Positions 55,698 to 64,000 of a DNA stretch of 64,000 bases are shown here, piece by piece. The DNA lies in the NCBI RefSeq assembly GCF_009914755.1, contig NC_060947.1, one strand, 5' to 3'. Source of the DNA: the human T2T-CHM13v2.0 reference genome, Homo sapiens. Every line of letters begins with the position of its first letter. The stretch's first letter is position 1. A program made the position numbers and the translations under genes. The notes under the pieces were generated by a model. It did no database searches, had not been told where the DNA came from, and worked only from the letters and a program-made list of their open reading frames with translations.

Positions 55698-56514
55698 GCT
55701 ACACCACACGTTCACATGACCCTGTGTGAGTCCAGGGCAGAAAAGTAAAGCTAAAAGGCGGACAAATGAATGCAAGAGAGCAAAAAAGGGAACCCTCTCT
55801 AATCTAATGGGCAGGGCACTGGACACATGCGAGCACCTCCTCTGTGGGAGAGGGGTCACTGCCTCCAGATGGAGGGGCAGTGGGACACTCCATGACCTCT
55901 GGGGTTACTTACAATTTGGAGTGCTTAAGTGAATACTGACTTCAAAACAGCCCTGCAAAAGATGTAAGAACAAGCCCCTGAGCAGACGAGGTCTCTGAAA
56001 TACAAAAAGCCAACATGGGGTTAGAGGCAGAATTCAGAAAGAGCTCCTACAACTCCATATCAACAAGGCAAGTGACTCAATAGAAAAATGAGCAAAAGCC
56101 ATTTCCTAGACGAGGAAAGCAGGCTGACCAAAAAGCATCTGAAGGGAAACCATGAATCAGGGTCAAAGCGGTCCCAGACTGGCCGTGCCCCGGAACACTA
56201 GGCAGGATCAAATGTGAACCATCTCCAGAGAAGGGCAACTTCCTCCTGGGCCTCAGAGTCAAAAAAGCACAGTGAGGAGAGGTGGCTGCACTCTGGAAAG
56301 TGTCAGTGGGGAGGCAAAGGAAGAGGAAGGCGGTGACAGGCTCAGAAAACAGGAGGAGTTGCACGGAAATTAGGCTGAGCAAAAAGAATGCTTCTCTAGG
56401 GGAGCATGTGGGCAGAAGAGAAGGACTGCACAGCCGGGGATGCTGAGCACGGAGAGGCAAGGTGATGGCAAATTCGCAAGGGACAGCTCTAGCCAGGGAG
56501 GCTAGCCTGCCATG

Positions 56515-56652
56515 GAGGGAGAGGACAGAGCAGGAGAGGGCAGGGTTGGGGGCAGGGGGTGGGGGGGCAGGGTAGGGTAGGGTAGGGAAGGGGGGAGAGG
56601 GAAGGGGAGGGGAGGGGAAGGGATGGGAGGGGAAGGAAGGGGAGGCGAGGCT
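56515..56652 (+). repeat. G-run repeat (GGGXA)n with G-quadruplex potential
   Basis: Many GGG runs with 1-2 nt loops. Confidence 0.8.
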
Positions 56653-57939
56653 CAGAAGGCCACCGGGATGGACTGGGAGCTCTGCAGGGGGCTCCCTGGT
56701 GATGAGGAAGGAAGGAAGACCTGAGCGGGGGCTGTGGTTTCAGGAAGGAGGCAGTATCCTGGGGGAGGCAGGCAGAGGGTACAGTCAGCTGCAAAGCAGG
56801 ATCTTTGGAAAAGGCAAGGACTTCCTAAAAGAGATATGATGTGTGGCACGATAGGCATGCAAGCAAGGCCTGAAGAAGCAAGCAGAACTTGAGGAGACAC
56901 ACCGCTGGCCCCAGGAGTGGGGGTCAGTTCAGTGTGTGCTACTGGGGTGCAGCCAGGCACAGTGGTTTCAAGGGAGCACAGCAAGGAACCCAAGAAGGCC
57001 CCGCATGTCTGCAGTTGGCTGACTATTGCCCGGGACTCCAGAGCATCCATGGAGGGCCCCACAGGGGAAGGCAGGAGCAGGACGGGTCTAGGGAGGTGAA
57101 GGCCGACCTGACCTGCTAAGAGACGAGAAGAGAGGGAGGGGAAAGTCTTGTTCCTGCCAGGACATTGTTAATGAGAGGAGTGAGAAGGCAGCAGGTGAAG
57201 AGAGTGTAGCATGGAAGGCAGAAATCAGAGCGTTTTTGGGTTTCGTGCTGACCTGCTATTGGGAATGAAAATCAAGACTCAGGTGCATTCTGGTCCCTTT
57301 CTCAGGGTTAGCCGAACACCACCCGCATCCCTGCCTGGCCTGTTGATGCCATTCTTCCTAGGCCCACTCACCGCTGCAGCTGCTTTACTTGCACTTCCTC
57401 TCCTCATCCGACCACAGATCAGACCTCTGCTTCTCGCTGCCGCCCAGGGAGAGTGTGCACCTACGTGCACATTGCACCCCACTGCCCAGCACACCCAGGA
57501 GTGAGAGTGAGGAGCAGCTGAGAGAGTTGGAAAAGGGAGCCCTTATGTGGCCACCAAGGGCTTCCCTGCTAGCAGCCACACGGTGGCTATCCAGCTCATT
57601 ATGCGAGTTCTAGTTCTTCAAACAAGAGGCCACGGGAGGAGCAACGGCCACCCACCATCCCGGGGATCCTCATTCATGATTTGAAACCACTCTAAGCAGG
57701 TTCTGGGGTGTTCGGCAGAAGCTGGCAACCATTCTTGTGGGGAAGGAACCCAGGAGGGGATGCTAGCATGCATAGGAATTGGAACTGGTGATCTGAAGGT
57801 CCCCTGCAGCCCTACGGCCTACATCCCATAAAGAGGGACCCTCTCCTCCTCACCTCATCTCCAGCATTCCTGCTTCCTCGAGCTTCTCCAGGGAGAAGTA
57901 GGCGCATCTCACTAGAAAAAACAAGAAAGCAGCCCTTTG

Positions 57940-58800
57940 CTCATTCAACACTTACTAAGCAGATACTGTGCCCTGGGCACCCAGTTTCAGAAATGAGTAA
58001 AACACCGGCCTTGCCTTCAAGGAACTCAAGAGACCCTGCGGCAGCCACAGAGTCTTACAGAGCAATTACCACCCTGGGTTGCAAGAGCCTAACGTGGGGT
58101 GGGGACGGGGGAGGTACAAAATGCTATCAGAGCTGGAGACGAAAGTCTCTAATACTCGGAGTGGGGCTGTGAAGGTGACTTTAAAGTTGTGCCTTGAAGG
58201 AGGCCAGGAGCGCACCAGGACAAGGCCATGGGAACCGCCGGTGCAAAGCAGGGAGACCTGGAACAGCAGGCTGGTGGGGACCAGTGACTGAACAGCACAG
58301 CGTGAACCCAAAGAGTGTTTGGCTTAAGGGTGGGGAGAGCTGAGCCGACTCCCTGAACTGCTAGGACTTAAACCTGAGAAGGCCCAGCAGCGTTTTCACT
58401 AGAGGATTGCTGGGGACAGATTTGTGACTTAGAAACTGAGCCGATGGAATGTGGACGACAGACCTGAGGGAAGAAAGACAGAGGACTCCAGGTTGCTCAG
58501 GAGGCTCATGGAACAGTGCAGGCTCCAGACCACGAGGCCTGAATTCTGGAAGTAGCAGCGGGGATGCAGGACGAGGAGCCGTTTTGTCTCATCAGGCACT
58601 CCAGAGGCAGGGACCCAGAACTTGGTTATGAAGTCAATGCGGGAGACTAGATAAGGGGAGGGACAGAGGAGTAAAGCATGGCAGCACTACAGAACCTGAG
58701 CCCGTGACTGAGAGAAGAGAGTTTGAAAAGCAAGTTTGCCAGGGAAGTTGGGCTGTGTGCTGGGCGACTTAGGTCGGAGGAGGCAAGACATTAAGAGTGG
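57940..58800. mobile_element. Degenerate L2 fragment (similar pieces at ~4930-5400, 12040-13440, 62980-63900)
   Basis: CATTCAACACTTACTAAGC...TACTGTGCC L2 3'-end motif followed by purine-rich L2-like sequence. Confidence 0.5.
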
Positions 58801-59064
58801 GGATGTTTCTCATCACCTGCAAAAGAGACGTTAAAGAGACGGTTCCTCCGGACCCCACTGGCAGGCACTGACAGAGCGGCTAGGACACAGGAGAGCAGGC
58901 CTGGGGGGCTCAGCCCTGCAAGACTCAGCCTAGAGCTGCATAGACCCCAGTCAAGTGTTCCCGCCCTTCTTGCTGCTTCCGTGCCCTATGGGGGTAGACA
59001 CTGGAGGTGCAGTTAGGTCGCTGCGGGCAAGTTTTGACTCTTGCCTAAGGGTGCATCACAGAAG

Positions 59065-60420
59065 GGCCTCAGCTCCCTCCCCCAGCTCCACCCACAGCTC
59101 CACCCCCAGTTCGGCTCTGCTTCATTTCACCAGCATCTCCACCCCCAGCTCCTCCTCCGGCAGCTCCGCCCCAGCTGTTCCGCCCCCAGCTCTTCCTCCT
59201 CCCAGCACTTAACCAGTTCCACCCACAGCTCTTTCCCACAACTACGCCCTCCTCTTGCAGGCGGCTCCTCCAGAAGCTCTAACCCAGTTCCTGCTGCAGC
59301 TCCACCCCCAGCTTCGTTTCCCACAGCCCCACCCTGCTCACCCTGCATCTCCAGTCCCAGCTCCGCCTCCTCTAGCCCCGTCCCGCTTCTCCTACCCCTC
59401 TGCCCACCCCAGCACCTTTCAGCTCTTTCCTCCAGCTCTGCACTAGCTCCTCCCCCACCATTCTCACCCGCCAGCCTTACTCCAGCTTGGCTCCCCCTTC
59501 TCCAGCAATTTCCCGCAGCCCCGCCCCATCTGCTCCCACACCTCTTTGCCACAGCCCCGCCCTGCTCCTCCTCCAGGAACGCCCGGCTTTCCCTCAGCTC
59601 CACGCTGCAGCTGAGCTGTGCACCAGGCCCTCCCACAGAGCTTTCTCGTGATTCCACCCTACACCTCCCCAAGCCCCCGCTCCCCTAAGCTGGTTCTCAG
59701 GAGTCCGAGGGGTCCTCCCGCAGCTGCTCCTCGCTCAGTTCTCCCATTGCCCCGCCCTGCTCTTCGCGGGGCTGCTTCCAAAGCCCCGACCTCAGCCAGC
59801 AGTTTCTCTCAGCCCCGCCCCTCCCTGCCCCGCCCCTCCCCTCCCTGCCCCGCCCCGCTTCTCCCGCGGCTGCTCCCAAAGCCCCGCCCTCGGCCCCCTC
59901 CCCAGCAGTTTCTCTCAGCCCCGCCCCACCCCGAGCCCCGCCCGCAGCCCCGACCTGCTTCTCCTGTGGCTGCCTCCAAAGCCCCGCCCCCAAACCTTCC
60001 CCAGCATTCTCAGCCCCCCCAGAGCCCCGCCTCTCCCAGCCCCGCCCTACTTCTCACGCAGCTGCTTTAAAAACCCCGCCCCCAGCCCCTCCCAGTGATT
60101 TCTTTCTCCCCCTCCCTCCTTCTCTCAGCGGACACCTGCCTCCCCCTGCTGATTCTCAAGAGTCCGCGAGCTCTTCCTGCAGCTTCTCCTCGCTCAGCTC
60201 TCCCACGGCCCTGCCCACAATGGTTTCTCTCAGCCCCGCCCGGCCCTGCCCCACACCCCGCCTCTTATCTCAGCCCCGCCCTCAACCCAGCCCCCAATTG
60301 TTTCTGTCAGTCCCGCTCGGCCCCTCCCCCAGCTCCGCCCTCCTCCTCTCAGCCCCGCCTCCACCCCCTCCCCAGCGGTTTCTCCCAGCTCCTCCCTGCT
60401 GGTATAGCAGCTCTGGGCCC
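59065..60420 (+). repeat. Degenerate C-rich minisatellite (CAGCTCC/CAGCCCCGCCC units) next to the CpG island
   Basis: Dozens of CAGCTC(C) and CCCCGCCC copies; strong C skew on +. Confidence 0.85.
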
Positions 60421-60439
60421 AAAACTCCTGCCTGGTGTC

Positions 60440-61400
60440 CTCGTCCCACCCTTCCACTTACTCTTCCTCCCTCCCGTTCCTTTTCCTCCTTCCGGTTCTT
60501 CGTCGAGGCTGCCGGTCTCGAGGTCCCCTGGCCTTGGCCTGGTTGGCTGGCGCGCATCAGGGCCAGGTAAAGAGAATAGCGTCTCCTAGCAGCCAGGGCG
60601 TGCGTACGTGCGTGATGTCGTCAGTGCGTGTCTTCGAGAATGCGAGATTCATAATGTTTGCTGTCTATATGCATGGCTGAGTACGTGCCTCCCGCGTACG
60701 TGCGTGGTGTGCATACATGCGTGATTGCGCGCCCACGTACGTTCTTCGTGAAAGGGATGATGGGAGCTGTATGAAAGCGGAAGAGTTATAGACCGCTAAC
60801 ACCTGTCACTGGCCACTGGTTTCCCGGAGTTAGCGGCAACGACCTTGCAGCCTGGACACTAGCCAGGCGCTCCCTCTTCTCACAGCGGCCCACGTCTCCT
60901 TGCTTGGGAGCCCATCGTCCTGGCTCCGGTGGCCTCGCTGGGTCTCGGGGAAGCAGAGGACTGTTCATTCCTGTGGCGAAAAGCCGGAGTCGGCCCTAGA
61001 CACCCACGACTCGCAGGGTCCATGGTTCCGGAGGCCGTGAGACCTGCCGGGGCTGACAGGTGCCAGGGCCCATGCTGCGGGAGCCTGTGTGCTCAGCCTT
61101 CTTGCGGACGGTACCTGAGGGCTGGGGTTTCCCTGGATGTGGGGCTGGGAACTCGTGCGGGGCGCGACCGAGGCGCCTTTTCCTGTCCCCTGCTGTCGGC
61201 AGGGTCTCGGCTCCGCTCCTTCTAAGCGCGTGTACCCGCGACGTGCGTCTGCGAGTAGAAAGCCCGTGTACTGCTCCACACACAGCGGCCCCACCTCAGT
61301 CCGGTCTTCCCTGCCTCCCGTTGGCCCTTCTGCTGTGAGCTCGCCTGGACCTGAGGCCGGGCGGTGCACAGCTCTGTGGCCTGTGGCGCCGTGCTCAGCG
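60440..61400. promoter_or_regulatory. CpG island, probable bidirectional promoter (EOLA1/CXorf40A on +, LINC00893/EOLA1-DT on -)
   Basis: High CpG density; ETS-like TTCCGG/CGGAAG; + strand donor CAG|GTAAAG after 60566; gene names from recalled synteny distal to IDS2. Confidence 0.75.
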
Positions 61401-61785
61401 TGACCTACCCAGAATTAAGCTGAGGACAATGGGATTTAGAGTCCCAAACACTCGCCCCGTGACAATGGGAGGGGAAGTGTCATTTTTCTCCCTTCGAATG
61501 GAGCATGCTTGGCTGCAAGAATGCTGCTCAACATGGTGAAATGATTTTCTGCCCTGCGGGCTGGTGCACCCTGTGGTCCTTGACCCAGACAGGTGCGGAG
61601 GGTCCCACTGCTGTGATTAGCAGAACCAAACTGTGATGTGCACATGTGTGTTACTGATAAGACCAGGCCTCCCAGCTCTTCTTGGTTTCCAATGCCTGCT
61701 AAGTACATGACCTTCTTAGGGCCATTAACCAGCTTTGCTGTCTTGCACTTAATGACCTTTCCTCTTTATCTTCCTTGTTGTGCAG

Positions 61786-61852
61786 GTAAAGAAGCTAAGT
61801 GGAAGAGTGTTTCCTCCTCTGGCCGTAAAGCAGGTACTCTCTGCAGCACCAG
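61786..61852 (+). other. EOLA1: Non-coding 5' UTR exon, probably of EOLA1 (CXorf40A); two donors, after 61833 and after 61852
   Basis: Strong polypyrimidine tract and TGCAG acceptor at 61785; donors CAG|GTACTC and CAG|GTAGGA; resembles the recalled CXorf40 5' UTR; no EOLA1 CDS found in the window. Confidence 0.55.
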
Positions 61853-62539
61853 GTAGGAGGGGACTCAACCCCCTTCTTGCCTTTTCAGTTACATCAGTTC
61901 CTACTAGGGATTCCACATACACACAGTTGGCGTCTGTTGTGATTTTGTGGTGATGACGAGAAAAGGGTTGGCTAAGAAACTGGGCGGCAGAAAAGAGGCA
62001 AACATTCACTGTAGCCATTTATCCCGATGGAAGTGGCCAGGCCCTGTGGGGGACATTCAGCCTCCATCAGAAGTAATCCAGAACCAAGGAACCTGGTTAT
62101 CTTTGGTCACTCATCAGAAGAATAATCATGCTCAGGGGCCACAAGTGTGTGAGGAAATGGCACCATGGATGGGTTGGTGGAGGGTACACGGGTGAGTCTT
62201 TGTGGAAAGTCATTTGCTGGCAGATATCAGCATCTTAGATGGGCGTGCCAGGCGGCCGAGGCATTTCCTTCAGCATGTCTTCACACAGCGAGTGTTAGAG
62301 GTAATGTCATTTCTAGTGGCAAAAGTGGGAAGCAACTTGTAACTCTCCATCAGTGGAGGAATGGTCAGGCAAATTATGAGACGACCAACAATGGGATATC
62401 ACCCAGGCAGTGAAAAACAAGGTAGATGAAGATTGTCAGGTGGAAAGAATGGGCTTGATGTGCTGTCAAATGGCAAACTCGTGCCCTAGCCTGTGCAGAT
62501 GTGTTGGGAACAGCAGTTTGCCAAGATGGCTGAAACAAA

Positions 62540-62972
62540 GGACCATAAAAGGGCTGGCTTAAAGAACAGACAATCATTGTCTCGCAGTTCTGGAGGATGG
62601 AAGTCTGAAATCAAAGTGGTGGCCAGGTTCGTTTGTTCTGTGGGCTGTGAAAGACAATCTGGTCTGTCCCTTTCTCTTAGCTGCAGGCGGCTGGCCGGCA
62701 ATCTTTGGCACTCATTAGCTTGTAGAAGCATCTCCCTTATCTCTGCGTTTATCTTCTCATGGTGTTCTCCCTGTGTGCGTGACTGTCTCTCAAATCCCCC
62801 TTTTCATAAGGACGCCAGCCACATTGGATGCGGGTCCGCCCTGATGGCTTCAGTCTCACTTGATTGCCTCTGTAATGACTCTGTTTTTATATATAAGGCC
62901 ACATTTTGAGGTGCTGGGGTTTAGGACTTCAACATACGCATTTTAAGAGGACACAATGCAACCCATCACAAC
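62540..62972. mobile_element. MLT1-family LTR
   Basis: GTCTCGCAGTTCTGGAGGATGGAAGTCTGAAATCAAAGTG...TAGGACTTCAACATA...GGACACAATGCAACCCATCACA. Confidence 0.75.
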
Positions 62973-64000
62973 TGACAAAGGCTCTGAGGTAGAAACAAGC
63001 TTGGCATGTTCCCTCAGGGGATGGAAGGCCTGTGTGGCTTCAGGGTGGTGAATAAAGGGGAGAGGAGAGGACGTGGCTGGGGTGGGAAACCAGATCAGGA
63101 GGGACCTTGAGTGCCCTGAGAGGAAGTGTGGATTCTGTGCTAGTTGGGGCAGGGAGCCCTTGAAAAGTTTCAGTAGAGGAGTGACATAATCTCATTGTCC
63201 CTGTACCAAGATCATTCCGATGGCAGTGTGGTCACAAGAGTGCAGAGGACAAGTGCTGGGGGGGGGTGGGGGTGCTATCAGGAGACTTCTTTAGAAGGCA
63301 GGGGGTTTTAGGGGATTGGATTGGGATTGTGGCCATAGAGATTATGGAAAGGGATCAGATTCAGTGTCGGTTTTGGACACAGTGCCACGGGATGTGGGCC
63401 GCAGATGTGGGAAAGAAAGGCAGGGCAGAGAGCAGCTAGGTCTGGGGCAGGAACACTGTAGCTGGTGATGCCACTCACAGAGGTGGAAGGGAGGTGGACT
63501 TGGTGGTGATGGTTGGGGTCCTGAGTATGTATGGGCCTGTCCACCTAAGGCTGAGTCTGAAGGGGGGTGGCCTGCACCACGGGATTCAGAGCAGGACGGT
63601 GAGCAACATGGGGGTCCCAGAAGAAGGGAAGGAGTGTGCCCAGCCATGCTGGGGCTGCTGAGCATGGACTAAGATGAAGACAGGACTGGCATGAGGCCGG
63701 CCATGGGTGCTTGTGGGGATAGGTCAGTCAGTGGAGTGGGTGGTGGGGGGGGTGGGGAATAAAGGGAGAAAGGTGGGGGTGGGGGCAGAAGGTTCAGAGA
63801 GGAAGTAGAGACTGCGCATGTAGACAGCTCTTCTGAGGTCTCGGCTGTTCAGGGTTGTAGAGAAGGGAGGCAGAGTGGGAGGCGCGCGTGTGCTCAGAGT
63901 AGGGATGCTGAGCGAGCATAGATGGTGGCTGGTGGCACCCAGGGCCCGGAGTGAGCCAGAGGAGCAGGGTCCAGAGCACAGCAGGCAACCGGCTCAGCTG

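Noticed and set aside
54436-55748. 427-aa and 382-aa ORFs, the longest in the track
   Set aside because: They arise from a stop-free (CCT)n low-complexity tract and are open in several frames and on both strands; not credible proteins
59041-60589. Pro/Ser/Ala-rich ORFs resembling mucin or extensin
   Set aside because: C-rich minisatellite open in all frames; no codon-phase preference or splice structure

Overview
Human (primate) genomic DNA from the Xq28 iduronate-2-sulfatase locus. The complete 9-exon IDS coding region lies on the minus strand (CDS 24878 to 2488; 103+137+178+89+201+171+127+174+473 = 1653 nt, 550 aa, all introns GT-AG, no coding lesion seen). An alternative terminal exon ending in GFLMRTNT* lies in intron 7. 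About 20 kb upstream, in inverted orientation, is the IDS2/IDSP1 pseudogene (44747-47783): part of exon 2, intron 2, exon 3 and a chimeric intron 3/intron 7. At 60.4-61.4 kb is a CpG-island promoter, most likely the bidirectional EOLA1 (CXorf40A)/LINC00893 promoter; that naming comes from recalled synteny, not from a coding sequence in the window. The rest is Alu, L1, L2, LTR and DNA-transposon remnants plus long polypurine/polypyrimidine tracts. Almost all ORFs in the supplied track other than the IDS exons are noise. The locus is well studied and I see no clearly new gene. The most interesting points are structural: (i) gene-conversion mosaicism and breakpoint scars of the inverted duplication; (ii) a nested geometry that would fold any minus-strand read-through RNA into kilobase dsRNA over IDS exons 2-3 and intron 7; (iii) several latent splice, poly(A) and uORF switches in IDS; (iv) an HRE-like motif cluster in the distal promoter.
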